Assembly: GCA_019056805.1 (NCBI GenBank)
Contig: DXJG01000003.1
Location: 1 to 32,000, forward strand
Reading direction: 5' to 3'
DNA length: 32,000 nucleotides
From: Candidatus Baldrarchaeota archaeon
GTDB taxonomy: Archaea; Asgardarchaeota; Baldrarchaeia; Baldrarchaeales; DXJG01
The position numbers and the translations under genes are program-made. Every line of letters starts with the position of its first letter. Positions within the stretch are counted from its first letter, which is position 1. This document shows, piece after piece, positions 9,827 to 18,817 of this stretch. The notes beneath the pieces are model-generated. The model ran no database searches. It saw only the letters and a program-made list of their open reading frames with translations, and was not told the DNA's origin.

Positions 9827-9950
9827 TCCCGCAACTAAAAGAAAACAACACACTATTATTATCTTTTACCGCTAAATATTCCTTTAAATACCAAAAACAA
9901 ATTTTTAAATTAATATCATAAGTTCATCGAGGAGTTAAAGATAAAAAATG

Positions 9951-9958
9951 TTTATATA
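9951..9958 (+). promoter_or_regulatory. putative TATA box of stand-alone rps19
   Basis: A-rich AAAAAATG followed by TTTATATA, about 45-55 nt upstream of the rps19 start. Confidence 0.5.
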
Positions 9959-10012
9959 TCGTTCATAAATCACATACACAAGAAATAATAAAGAGATACG
10001 AGAGTGACCAGC

Positions 10013-10420
10013 ATGCCTAAAAAATTCACATATCGAGGATATACATTAGAAGAATTGCAAAAAATGTCAATGGATCAGTTTATTAATTTGTTACCATCAA
10101 GGCAGCGGCGATCATTATTACGTGGATTAACACCACAACAAAGAACTTTACTAGAAAAAATAAGGAAAGTAAAACGATTGCAACAAAAAACTAAGAAACA
10201 CATAGTAATACGTACTCATATAAGAGATATGGTTATCTTACCAGAAATGGTTGGACTAACAATAGCTGTATACAATGGAAAGGAATTCATTCCCGTACAA
10301 ATAAAACCAGAAATGATCGGTCACTACTTAGGAGAGTTTTCACCAACATGTGTTCGAGTCCAACATGGAGCGCCAGGAATCGGAGCTACACGATCATCAC
10401 TATATGTCCCACTTAAGTAA
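10013..10420 (+). CDS. rps19: 30S ribosomal protein S19 (uS19)
   Basis: MPKKFTYRG...[15 protein letters not shown]...GHYLGEFS...[12 protein letters not shown]; ATG 10013 preferred over GTG 10004. Confidence 0.98.
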   Translation: MPKKFTYRGYTLEELQKMSMDQFINLLPSRQRRSLLRGLTPQQRTLLEKIRKVKRLQQKTKKHIVIRTHIRDMVILPEMVGLTIAVYNGKEFIPVQIKPEMIGHYLGEFSPTCVRVQHGAPGIGATRSSLYVPLK

Positions 10421-10502
10421 AAGATGAACTAGAACCCGCTAAACATTAAAATAACACTTATAACTACTATACAACCTAACAAAGTTTATTATAATTCTTG
10501 GT

Positions 10503-11084
10503 TCAAATCGTTATTTTACTATTGTTTTCTATAAATCCGTGTTGTTTTAATCGTCTGTAGATATCTCTAAAACCTTCACATCTTTTCCAGTCTGCTTTAT
10601 ATTCACATGCTTGACAAACCTTTCGTATATTGTTTATTCGATATAACCCCAAAATACCATTTATTAGACCGTATACAGGCAGAAAAAGAAATATTTTTAT
10701 AATAAGATAAGTTTCCAAACCGAAAATTCCAATCAAAACTAAACCTAGCCCAATACCTATGCATATTCTTGTCACCACTTTTATATATGGAATTTTCCGA
10801 GGTATGCGAGTTATATTGACAGTATTTATTGCTATTAAAAATACACCGAGACCTATATATGTTTGAGGAGTTATCATCGATATAGGGACTGTAAGAACCA
10901 ATATAATGGCAATAAAAAAGGCTGGAATACCAAGGGTACAACCTTTACAAAGTTTAAATCTTCCCAAAACAAAATAATGATCTCTAAAATGTTTACAGTC
11001 AGGATGATGTGAAAGTAGAAATGGTTGAAGGTCACCGCAAAAAGTACGTAAATGTTTTAAAATTTTTTTAAAATTTAGTCTCAG
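10503..11084 (-). CDS. His/Cys-rich polytopic membrane protein (DUF2085-like, putative metal binding); N-terminus extended beyond the ORF track
   Basis: Frame stays open upstream of TTG 10967 to a TAA at 11100-11102, adding ...PFLLSHHPDCKHFRDHYFV before LGRFKLCKGC; about 4 hydrophobic segments; C-terminal CQAC...C. No ATG/GTG/TTG in the extension; CTG 11084 sits 7 nt after GAGGG. Confidence 0.6.
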   Translation of the reverse strand: MRLNFKKILKHLRTFCGDLQPFLLSHHPDCKHFRDHYFVLGRFKLCKGCTLGIPAFFIAIILVLTVPISMITPQTYIGLGVFLIAINTVNITRIPRKIPYIKVVTRICIGIGLGLVLIGIFGLETYLIIKIFLFLPVYGLINGILGLYRINNIRKVCQACEYKADWKRCEGFRDIYRRLKQHGFIENNSKITI

Positions 11085-11176
11085 AATTTTTCCCTCTAGT
11101 TATTGATATTTTTGAAGGTATTTGGTACATGGTTTTAAAAATAAAAACAGAAGAGTTGTATTTTGTTGGTATTCGC

Positions 11177-11512
11177 TTAAATTAGGGGGATACCCCATCC
11201 TAGGAACATGGCTACACCGAGAGTTATTACTATAGGTATTAGTCCCGCGAGTATCCATGCAACAATTGCTTGTCCCCATCCTACTTCATGTCTTGTTTTT
11301 ATAAAGTACCACTGCAAAATACAGCCAAGACACGGTATTACAGCAACAATTGCCATTAAAAGTACTGTAACCATTACTTTACCGAAGTCTGTAACCGGAG
11401 CATTAACTGCTTTCAACCCTATTAGCAGAAAGATGGAACCAATCACTAGTGTCAATATGAATGCCAGTATAAGTAGTCCTATTAATCCACCTAACAATAA
11501 TGGTTGAAACAT
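11177..11512 (-). CDS. small membrane protein (3-4 TM), unknown function
   Basis: ATG 11512 (MFQPLLL) follows GGGAGGG; almost entirely hydrophobic helices; the ORF-track upstream extension overlaps the promoter and is probably non-coding. Confidence 0.75.
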   Translation of the reverse strand: MFQPLLLGGLIGLLILAFILTLVIGSIFLLIGLKAVNAPVTDFGKVMVTVLLMAIVAVIPCLGCILQWYFIKTRHEVGWGQAIVAWILAGLIPIVITLGVAMFLGWGIPLI

Positions 11513-11558
11513 GTATGTCCCTCCCAAACAGTAGTAATTCGTATTATCACAAAACTTG

Positions 11559-11566
11559 TATAAAAA
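11559..11566 (-). promoter_or_regulatory. putative TATA box of the small membrane protein gene
   Basis: Minus strand CAAAG-TTTTTATA, 47 nt upstream of ATG 11512. Confidence 0.5.
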
Positions 11567-11632
11567 CTTTGTAGTAGTTGTAATATCCCTATACAAATTT
11601 CTAAAGGAATGTGAAAAGATAGAGAATAAATT

Positions 11633-12757
11633 TTAACTCGTGAAAATAGAATGAGAATTTATGATATCTGTAAGTTCTTGAAGTATCCTTTGTTTTGTTC
11701 CTCTTTTTTCTAGTTCTTTTTTAAGCTTTTCAATAGGCCTTATTTCTGACGGGTTTACATTTCTTAGAAAAGCAAGATATAAAGATGCCATGTCTCCTAT
11801 GAACATTGTTGAAAACATTTGTTCTAAAACTTTCTCTCCCTGTCCCCATATTTCTAACACTCTTTTTGCTTTTCTCTCTAGAAACAAGGATCTTATTACA
11901 TCTATCCTTGCCTTTATTTCTTCTCTCTCCCCGTGGTACCTGAGAAATATTGCCGAAAAATCCGTAGATTGCATATAACTCCAGCCTACAATCTCGTTAT
12001 GGTTCATCTCAGGTATTGTGCCGTAAAAAGCATGAATCTTACTATTTTCATTCAATTGACATTTCATCCTATATGCTATTGGCTTTTGGATTCCAGCTCC
12101 ATAGATCACCGGTACGGTATTTAATATTTGTAATGCCAGAGTTTTCGCTGGATTTTTTTCTAATGAGACTTCTGGCCGAATTTGACTTCGAATTTTCTGC
12201 AAAGTTTTTGCAGTTGCTTTTATATCACTATCCAGGCCATTAACAAGTCCTAATTTTTCGAGAAATGAAGCTATTGGTATTGTTAGATATATTATAGCTT
12301 CTCTTGGTTGAAATTTGCTTGGAATGCAGACAAATGGTATTTTTATCTTTTGACAATACTCCTTTAATTTTCCATTGCTTGTAACTGCTAATATTTTTGC
12401 TTTTCTTTTAAGAGCCTGTGAAAATACATTTAAAGTTTCTTCTGTGTTTCCAGAGTAACTTACAACTACCACAAGAGTACTTTCATCAACATAGCTTGGC
12501 AGATCATAATCCTTCACCGAGACGATTGGTATTCTTATTTTGTTTTGAAGCCATGTTGCTATGATATCTCCGCTAATTCCTGATCCTCCCATGCCTGCTA
12601 TAATTATGGTCTTAGGAGTAACTGGAAATTTTGGTAAATGAGATGGATCTAATTTATAAGCCTCTAAACACACCTCGGGATATTTTAATACATTTGAAAT
12701 CGCATTTCCTGTATCTAATTTATATAAAGTTTCTATGTCATCTAAATTAATTTTCAT
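11633..12757 (-). CDS. bifunctional phosphoglucose/phosphomannose isomerase (archaeal PGI/PMI, SIS fold)
   Basis: GMGGSGISGD, VSYSGNTEET, RMKCQLNENSK, PEMNHNEIVGW, FIGDMASLYLA motifs. Confidence 0.93.
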   Translation of the reverse strand: MKINLDDIETLYKLDTGNAISNVLKYPEVCLEAYKLDPSHLPKFPVTPKTIIIAGMGGSGISGDIIATWLQNKIRIPIVSVKDYDLPSYVDESTLVVVVSYSGNTEETLNVFSQALKRKAKILAVTSNGKLKEYCQKIKIPFVCIPSKFQPREAIIYLTIPIASFLEKLGLVNGLDSDIKATAKTLQKIRSQIRPEVSLEKNPAKTLALQILNTVPVIYGAGIQKPIAYRMKCQLNENSKIHAFYGTIPEMNHNEIVGWSYMQSTDFSAIFLRYHGEREEIKARIDVIRSLFLERKAKRVLEIWGQGEKVLEQMFSTMFIGDMASLYLAFLRNVNPSEIRPIEKLKKELEKRGTKQRILQELTDIINSHSIFTS

Positions 12758-12831
12758 AATTTACACACCTGTTTATATGGACATAAAAGCTATTTATAAT
12801 TACAATTTTTAAGTTGTCAATTTTTAATAAA

Positions 12832-13119
12832 TTACCATTTTTTTCTAGGAATTTTTTTAACTCTATCTTGTGGTCTCCCAATAAGAAGTTTACCGTCCAC
12901 CTTAACTATTATTCCATCTGGAAGAGTTATATGAAAAACACATATTGCCTTTGGAACCCGTTTAGTCTTGCCATTTTCAGATAAGAGAAGTAAAGTTTTT
13001 TGTGTTTCATCTACTATTTTTCCTTCAAAACCTAAAAGTGTAGGATCCCTACTTTCAACGATTTTTGCTAAAAGACCAATTAATTCGTGTTGAACTATAT
13101 TCTCAGGAGTAATTTTCAT
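12832..13119 (-). CDS. rnp1: ribonuclease P protein component 1 (Rpp29/Pop4)
   Basis: ITPENIVQHELIGL...GKIVDETQKTL...VDGKLLIGRPQDR; follows rpl29; ATG 13119 (or GTG 13128). Confidence 0.93.
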   Translation of the reverse strand: MKITPENIVQHELIGLLAKIVESRDPTLLGFEGKIVDETQKTLLLLSENGKTKRVPKAICVFHITLPDGIIVKVDGKLLIGRPQDRVKKIPRKKW

Positions 13120-13132
13120 GGATAACACGATT

Positions 13133-13333
13133 TTACTTTTCTTCTTCCTTCATTATAGTTATTAATCTAGCTATGGTTCTCTTTATTTCTCTTATACGGC
13201 CTGGATTTTCCACCGCTCCACCCATAGCTTTTGTTGCCATAAGTCTCATCAATTCTGTCTTTAATTCCTCCAATCTTTTTCTACGTTGGTCAGGAGGCAT
13301 TTTTCTTATCTCACTAGCTCTTAAAATAGCCAT
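13133..13333 (-). CDS. rpl29: 50S ribosomal protein L29 (uL29)
   Basis: MAILRASEIR...ENPGRIREIKRTIAR. Confidence 0.97.
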   Translation of the reverse strand: MAILRASEIRKMPPDQRRKRLEELKTELMRLMATKAMGGAVENPGRIREIKRTIARLITIMKEEEK

Positions 13334-13971
13334 TATGTCTCTTCCTCCTCAACTTCTTCCTCTTTTATTTCTACTTCTTTTTCTTTAATTTTTATGTGAT
13401 CAGGCAACTCTGCATGTGGTAACATGATTTTTACATGTATTCCCATTACTCCAGGTTTTAATAGTACATGAGTAACTGCTTCATCAACGAATTTTTCAGC
13501 GGGTTCTCCTGTTTTTGCTACGTACCCTGCTGTGAATTTTCTATATTTTGCTCGTTGACTAACTAATTTTCCTCTTATAACTATTTCTGCTCCTCTAGCG
13601 CCTGCTTCCATTATTCTACGCAGCGCGAAATACGCTGCTCTTCTAAAATGTACTCCTCTTTGAAGCGCTGCTGCTATTCTAGCTGCTACGACCTTTGCAC
13701 TTAAATCTGGCTCTTCTACCTCTTCCACTTCTATTTGTGGATTCTCTATTCCGAATCTTTCTTCTAATATCTGTGTAAGTTCTCTTATGTTATGTCCTCC
13801 TCTTCCGATAATTATTCCTGGTCTCGCTGCATATATTACAACCCTTGTTCTTATTGGTGTTTTAAATAATTCTACACCCGCATAACCTGCTCGTTTTAAT
13901 TCCTTTTCAAGAAATTCGTCGATTGCTGCTCGTTTTAACCCTTCCTGAATAAATATGTTTTTTAACGGCAT
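13333..13971 (-). CDS. rps3: 30S ribosomal protein S3 (uS3)
   Basis: KH domain RPGIIIGRGG, GVHFRRAAY, GARGAEIVIRGK, GVMGIHVKIM. Confidence 0.98.
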   Translation of the reverse strand: MPLKNIFIQEGLKRAAIDEFLEKELKRAGYAGVELFKTPIRTRVVIYAARPGIIIGRGGHNIRELTQILEERFGIENPQIEVEEVEEPDLSAKVVAARIAAALQRGVHFRRAAYFALRRIMEAGARGAEIVIRGKLVSQRAKYRKFTAGYVAKTGEPAEKFVDEAVTHVLLKPGVMGIHVKIMLPHAELPDHIKIKEKEVEIKEEEVEEEET

Positions 13972-13977
13972 TTCACG

Positions 13978-14445
13978 TCACCCAAGAAGTTCCTCCACTA
14001 TTATTTCTACATGTGTAAGTTGTTGAAACTTTGGCGATGAACGGCCAAAGGCTCTCGAAATATACCTCTTAATTTTTGGACCTATTTGAGCTGCAGCATG
14101 AATTATTTTACATTTCTCGGTATCAAGTCCCTTATAATCAGCGTTATTTTCAATATTTCTTAAAACTTCGAGTATCTCTTTCGCTGCTTTAACTGGATAC
14201 CTTCCTGAATGCCATTTTTGAAGCTGTCTTCTATGCCCAATTTCCTTATTGTATCTTTTAAATGGAACAGGTTTCTTTAACGCTATAACGTCTTCTAAAT
14301 ACTCTATTGCATCTTTCAACATCATTCCCTTTATTGTATGACATATTTCCCTTGCTGCTTTTAGAGATACACGTAGATCCCTACCTGAAGCTTTTGCTGT
14401 CCTATCCGGATCTATGTCCTTAATTGAGTACTCCCATGTCGGCAC
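13978..14445 (-). CDS. rpl22: 50S ribosomal protein L22 (uL22)
   Basis: AKASGRDLRVSLK, GRYPVKAAKEIL, RAFGRSSP; GTG 14445 (MPTWEYS) follows GAGGTGG (ORF-track ATG 14466 is the alternative). Confidence 0.97.
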   Translation of the reverse strand: MPTWEYSIKDIDPDRTAKASGRDLRVSLKAAREICHTIKGMMLKDAIEYLEDVIALKKPVPFKRYNKEIGHRRQLQKWHSGRYPVKAAKEILEVLRNIENNADYKGLDTEKCKIIHAAAQIGPKIKRYISRAFGRSSPKFQQLTHVEIIVEELLG

Positions 14446-14840
14446 AGTAAACACCACCTCTACCATTAGAGTTTCCCTTTTAAATACTTCTATGGTATTA
14501 ATTTTTAAAGACCGGTTTAATTAAACCATTCTGAACTATTACCGCTTCCATTTGACGGGTTTAAATTTTTCAAGATGAAGTTTTATTAATTTTTCTTATT
14601 TCAATTGGATTACTAGAAAACCTCAACTCTAATACAAGTCAAAAACACTTTGTCAGCGATTATAATAAGTTAGTTATTTAATTGTTTCGTTGTTTCATTT
14701 CCTTGAAGAACAAGTAGAAATCTAATATCTAGAGGCATAATAACAGATTAAGTCATTACTTTACCCTTCAATTGTTCCAAAAATATGATAAAGCTTCAAT
14801 TATTTTAATTCGAAATCAGTAAACATTTTTAAAGCGGAAT

Positions 14841-14993
14841 ATGGGGAGTAGTTCTTACTCGCTTCTTTTAGGTAAACTTTTTAAGTTGTTTATTTTTGTG
14901 TTGGTTACGCAAGTATACATATCGAGACTAGTTCACCTTCGCTTCAAACGCGAAAAAGTTAAAAATGATTTTATTATTGATGTTCCAAACTAG
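14841..14993 (+). CDS. possible 50-aa small protein with one hydrophobic segment
   Basis: ATG...TAG open frame MGSSSYSLLLGKLFKLFIFVLVTQVYISRLVHLRFKREKVKNDFIIDVPN; no clear SD and no recognisable family. Confidence 0.2.
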   Translation: MGSSSYSLLLGKLFKLFIFVLVTQVYISRLVHLRFKREKVKNDFIIDVPN

Positions 14994-15057
14994 CTTCGTA
15001 CCTAAAGACCGCGTTTCGATATATATGACTTAAGAAACAAAGTGGAGGTCTTCAAAT

Positions 15058-15393
15058 TTGGCTAGAAATATAGGGTTAGATGTTACGCCGCCTAAAGTTG
15101 AGTGTAATGATCCCTATTGTCCATTTCATGGTAGTTTACCTGTTAGAGGACGAATATTTGAGGGTATTGTTGTTAGCGACAAAATGAATAGAGCAGTTGT
15201 TGTAAGAAGAGATTATCTTTGGTACGTAAAAAAATATATGAGATATGAAAAAAGAAAGTCGCTTCTTCACGCTCATAATCCTCCATGTATAAATGCTAAA
15301 ATTGGAGATAGGGTGAAAATAGCGGAATGCCGTCCAATTAGTAAAACTATAAGTTTTGTGGTTATCGAAAAATTAAGTCAACAGAGAGAATGA
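15058..15393 (+). CDS. rps17: 30S ribosomal protein S17 (uS17)
   Basis: [38 protein letters not shown]; SD GGAGG + TTG. Confidence 0.98.
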   Translation: MARNIGLDVTPPKVECNDPYCPFHGSLPVRGRIFEGIVVSDKMNRAVVVRRDYLWYVKKYMRYEKRKSLLHAHNPPCINAKIGDRVKIAECRPISKTISFVVIEKLSQQRE

Positions 15394-15407
15394 TGGAGGG
15401 ATAATAT

Positions 15408-15833
15408 TTGCCTGCACGGCGTATCCGTAAAATTGCAGTGGGATATAAACCTCGAATCACTCGTGGACTCCCGGTTGGAGCAAGACTAAAATGTGCCGAT
15501 AACACAGGAGCTAAAGAACTAGCCATCATAGCTGTTATCGGGTATAAAGGACGATTAAATCGTTTACCTGCAGCTGGAGTTGGAGACATGGTTGTTGTTT
15601 CGGTTAAAAAAGGTACACCAAAAATGAGAAGACAAGTTGTGAGAGCCATTATTGTAAGACAGAGGAAACCATATAGAAGATATAATGGAGTTTGGGTTTC
15701 CTTTGAAGATAATGCAGCAGTAGTCGTTTCACCTGAAGGAGAACCAAAGGGATCGGAAATCCGCGGTCCTGTAGCTAAAGAAGCAGCTGAAAAATGGCCA
15801 AGTGTCGCCCGAATAGCTAGTACAGTTGTTTAG
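15408..15833 (+). CDS. rpl14: 50S ribosomal protein L14 (uL14)
   Basis: [41 protein letters not shown]. Confidence 0.98.
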   Translation: MPARRIRKIAVGYKPRITRGLPVGARLKCADNTGAKELAIIAVIGYKGRLNRLPAAGVGDMVVVSVKKGTPKMRRQVVRAIIVRQRKPYRRYNGVWVSFEDNAAVVVSPEGEPKGSEIRGPVAKEAAEKWPSVARIASTVV

Positions 15834-15844
15834 GAGGAGGAAAG

Positions 15845-16285
15845 ATGCCAGTTCCTAAGTCTAAGCAACCAAGAAAACAAAGAAAGTTCTTATATAACGC
15901 CCCACTACACCACAGAAACAAGTTAGTGACAGCCCCTCTATCACCAGATCTCAGAATAAAATATGGTATTAAAAAACTACCAGTTAGAAAAGGCGATACT
16001 GTTATGGTAGTTAGAGGAGATTACAAAGATCTTGAAGGAAAAGTTGTTAAAGTGGATCTTAAAAAATATAGACTTCATATCGAAGGTGTAACTAGAGAGA
16101 AAACAGATAAATCCACCGTATATTACCCCGTACATCCTTCAAATGTAATGATTACAAAACTTGATCTAAGCGACAAGTGGAGGAAGAAAATCCTTGAAAG
16201 AAAGACCGCAGCCGCCGAAGAGAAACTAGAAGAACTAGAAAAAGAAATCGAAGAAACACTAGAGGAGGGAGAAGAGGTTGGGTAA
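15845..16285 (+). CDS. rpl24: 50S ribosomal protein L24 (uL24)
   Basis: [12 protein letters not shown] motif [24 protein letters not shown]. Confidence 0.98.
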   Translation: MPVPKSKQPRKQRKFLYNAPLHHRNKLVTAPLSPDLRIKYGIKKLPVRKGDTVMVVRGDYKDLEGKVVKVDLKKYRLHIEGVTREKTDKSTVYYPVHPSNVMITKLDLSDKWRKKILERKTAAAEEKLEELEKEIEETLEEGEEVG

Positions 16286-17030
16286 AAAGGGACCAAAAAG
16301 ACACCTAAAACGACTTCCAGCGCCAAAATTCTGGCCAATACCTAGAAAAGAAGCAAAATGGACAGTTAGACCAAGCCCAGGTCCTCATCCAATAAATAGA
16401 TCACTACCACTTCTATTGATAATTAGAGACATCCTAGGCTATGCGAAAACCGCAAGAGAAGCTCGCCGAATCATTTCTGAAGGAAGAATAAAAGTAGACG
16501 GTAAAATAAGACGAGATTACAAATTTCCCGTCGGATTAATGGATGTTATAGAGATCCCGGATGTAAAAGAAGCGTATCGCTTAATTCCCATTCCAAGAAA
16601 AGGATTAAATTTACATCCGATAAGTGAGGAAGAAGCCAAGTTTAAACTTTGTCGAATTGAAAATAAGACAACCGTAGATGGCGGTCATATTCAGTTAAAT
16701 CTTCACGATGGACGGAACATTCTTATCAGAGTTAACGACCCTACAAATCCTGAGGAAGATACCTATAAAACAATGGATGTATTAAAAATAAGTTTGCCAG
16801 GGCAAGAAATAGAGGAACACATTAAATTTGAAGAAGGATCATTTGTGTTGGTGACATGGGGCAAAAACATGGGGCAAGTTGGAAGAATAAAGGAGATTAT
16901 CCACGGAATCGGTAGACGAATGAGCGTCGTCACTCTTGAAAGTCCTGACGGCGAATTGTTCCAAACGTCACTTGAATACGTGTTCCCGATAGGCCGTGAT
17001 AAACCCATAATATCGCTACCTCAATTATAA
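16278..17030 (+). CDS. rps4e: 30S ribosomal protein S4e (eS4)
   Basis: [36 protein letters not shown]. Confidence 0.98.
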   Translation: MGKKGPKRHLKRLPAPKFWPIPRKEAKWTVRPSPGPHPINRSLPLLLIIRDILGYAKTAREARRIISEGRIKVDGKIRRDYKFPVGLMDVIEIPDVKEAYRLIPIPRKGLNLHPISEEEAKFKLCRIENKTTVDGGHIQLNLHDGRNILIRVNDPTNPEEDTYKTMDVLKISLPGQEIEEHIKFEEGSFVLVTWGKNMGQVGRIKEIIHGIGRRMSVVTLESPDGELFQTSLEYVFPIGRDKPIISLPQL

Positions 17031-17097
17031 GGAAAAATAGATAGAATCGAGGTCAAGAGCTATATTAATGTAAGTTAATTGTCAAAGAGGGTCGAAA

Positions 17098-17655
17098 ATG
17101 GAATTAAATCCCGAGAAAAGAGAGGAAATCTTGAAAAAATGGAGTAAGAATCCTATGTTAAAACCTAGACTTGCAAAGGTCGTAGTAAATTTTGGGGTAG
17201 GTGCTAGTGGAGAAAGATTAGAAAAAGCAGTGAAGATACTTGAAACCCTAAGTGGTCAATCTCCCGTAAAAATAAGAGCTAAAAAAACGATAAGAGATTT
17301 TGGTATACGTAAAAAGGAACCTATAGCATGCAAAGTTACACTTAGAGGAGAAAAAGCCGAAGAGTTTCTCAGAAAAGCTTTAGAAGCTGTGGACTTTAAA
17401 ATTAAAGCATCAAGCTTTGATAATTATGGAAATGTAAGCTTTGGAATAAAAGAGCATATAAATTTACCTGGCGTAAGATATGACCCTGACCTTGGAATAT
17501 TTGGCATGGATGTATGTATTTCCATAGAGAGACCTGGCTATAGGATTAAACGAAGAAAAATACGCAAAGCACGCATACCCGAAAAACATAGGGTTCATCG
17601 TGATGAAGCCATGGTGTATTTAATGGAGGAATTTGGTGCAAAAATCGAAGCATGA
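17098..17655 (+). CDS. rpl5: 50S ribosomal protein L5 (uL5)
   Basis: KVVVNFGVG, AKKTIRDFGIRK, SFGIKEHI, GIFGMDV. Confidence 0.98.
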   Translation: MELNPEKREEILKKWSKNPMLKPRLAKVVVNFGVGASGERLEKAVKILETLSGQSPVKIRAKKTIRDFGIRKKEPIACKVTLRGEKAEEFLRKALEAVDFKIKASSFDNYGNVSFGIKEHINLPGVRYDPDLGIFGMDVCISIERPGYRIKRRKIRKARIPEKHRVHRDEAMVYLMEEFGAKIEA

Positions 17656-17665
17656 GGGATAAAAC

Positions 17666-17827
17666 ATGAGTGAAGAAAGCAAAAAAAAGTTTGGAAAAGG
17701 AAGCCGTGTATGTAGAAGATGTGGTACACACAGAGCAATAATACGTAGATACGGATTAATGATTTGTAGAAGATGTTTTAGAGAAATTGCCGAGAAACTC
17801 GGATTCAAAAAATTAGGAGAAAGGTGA
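17666..17827 (+). CDS. rps14: 30S ribosomal protein S14 (uS14, Zn-binding), missed by the ORF track (53 aa)
   Basis: Manual translation [53 protein letters not shown]; canonical position between L5 and S8. Confidence 0.96.
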   Translation: MSEESKKKFGKGSRVCRRCGTHRAIIRRYGLMICRRCFREIAEKLGFKKLGER

Positions 17828-17830
17828 CAT

Positions 17831-18226
17831 ATGATGCCTCTATTAGATCCCCTTGCTGATGCATTATCAAATATCATGAACCACGAACAAGCAGGAAAAA
17901 TGACAGTCATTATAAAACCTGCTTCAAAACTTATAGGCGCGGTCCTAAAAGTAATGCTACAAGAAGGATACATTGGAGAATTTGAATACATAGATGATGG
18001 AAGAGCTGGAAAATTTAGAGTACAGTTACTAGGTAGAATAAATAAATGTGGAGTTATTAAACCTAGATTTCCAGTCAAAAAGAAAGATTACGAAAAATGG
18101 GAAAAACAATATCTTCCAGCACACAATATAGGTATTCTCATCGTATCAACCCCCCAAGGTGTAATGTCTCATAAAGATGCTATTAAAAAGGGTCTTGGAG
18201 GACGTCTACTCGCTTACGTCTATTAA
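17831..18226 (+). CDS. rps8: 30S ribosomal protein S8 (uS8)
   Basis: [42 protein letters not shown]. Confidence 0.98.
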   Translation: MMPLLDPLADALSNIMNHEQAGKMTVIIKPASKLIGAVLKVMLQEGYIGEFEYIDDGRAGKFRVQLLGRINKCGVIKPRFPVKKKDYEKWEKQYLPAHNIGILIVSTPQGVMSHKDAIKKGLGGRLLAYVY

Positions 18227-18240
18227 AATTGGTGATTAAA

Positions 18241-18804
18241 ATGACCAGAGTCCCATATATCAAATCAGAAGTTGAAATACCAGAAAATGTTGAAATAACT
18301 GTAGAGGGAAAAAAGGTAATTGTAAAAGGTCCCAAAGGAACACTTTCAAGGTCATTTAACGCACCAGTGAACATTACCCTAGACGGGAATATTATTAGAG
18401 TGGAAGCGATCTTTCCTAGGAAAAAGGAAAAAGCAATGGTCGGAACGGTCGCATCTCATATTAGGAATATGATAATTGGAGTTACCAAAGGATTTGTATA
18501 CAAACTTAAAATTGTTTATGCTCACTTTCCAATAAATGTTAAAGTTGAAGGAAAAAAAGTACTTATTGAAAATTTCCTCGGAGAAAGATCCCCCCGTGTA
18601 GCTGAAATTGTGGGAGATGACGTAAAAGTAAGAGTAGAAGGCGATGATGTGATCGTTGAAGGTATAAATATAGAAAACGTGGGTCAAACAGCAGCAAACA
18701 TACAACTAGCGACAAAAATAAAGCATAAAGACCCCAGGGTCTTTCAAGACGGTATATATGTTTACGAAAAACACATTGGCGATATTGTCAAACGCGTAGC
18801 CTAG
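18241..18804 (+). CDS. rpl6: 50S ribosomal protein L6 (uL6)
   Basis: VKGPKGTL, YAHFPINV, NFLGERSPR, DPRVFQDGIY; ATG 18241 follows GGTGA. Confidence 0.98.
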   Translation: MTRVPYIKSEVEIPENVEITVEGKKVIVKGPKGTLSRSFNAPVNITLDGNIIRVEAIFPRKKEKAMVGTVASHIRNMIIGVTKGFVYKLKIVYAHFPINVKVEGKKVLIENFLGERSPRVAEIVGDDVKVRVEGDDVIVEGINIENVGQTAANIQLATKIKHKDPRVFQDGIYVYEKHIGDIVKRVA

Positions 18805-18817
18805 GAGGCTTAGAATA

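Noticed and set aside
17805-17827. rps14 ends GFKKLGER rather than the usual GFKKY, hinting at another indel
   Set aside because: The frame is open, all four Zn-binding Cys are present, and the short tail ends in a stop overlapping the rps8 SD; ordinary C-terminal variation explains it.
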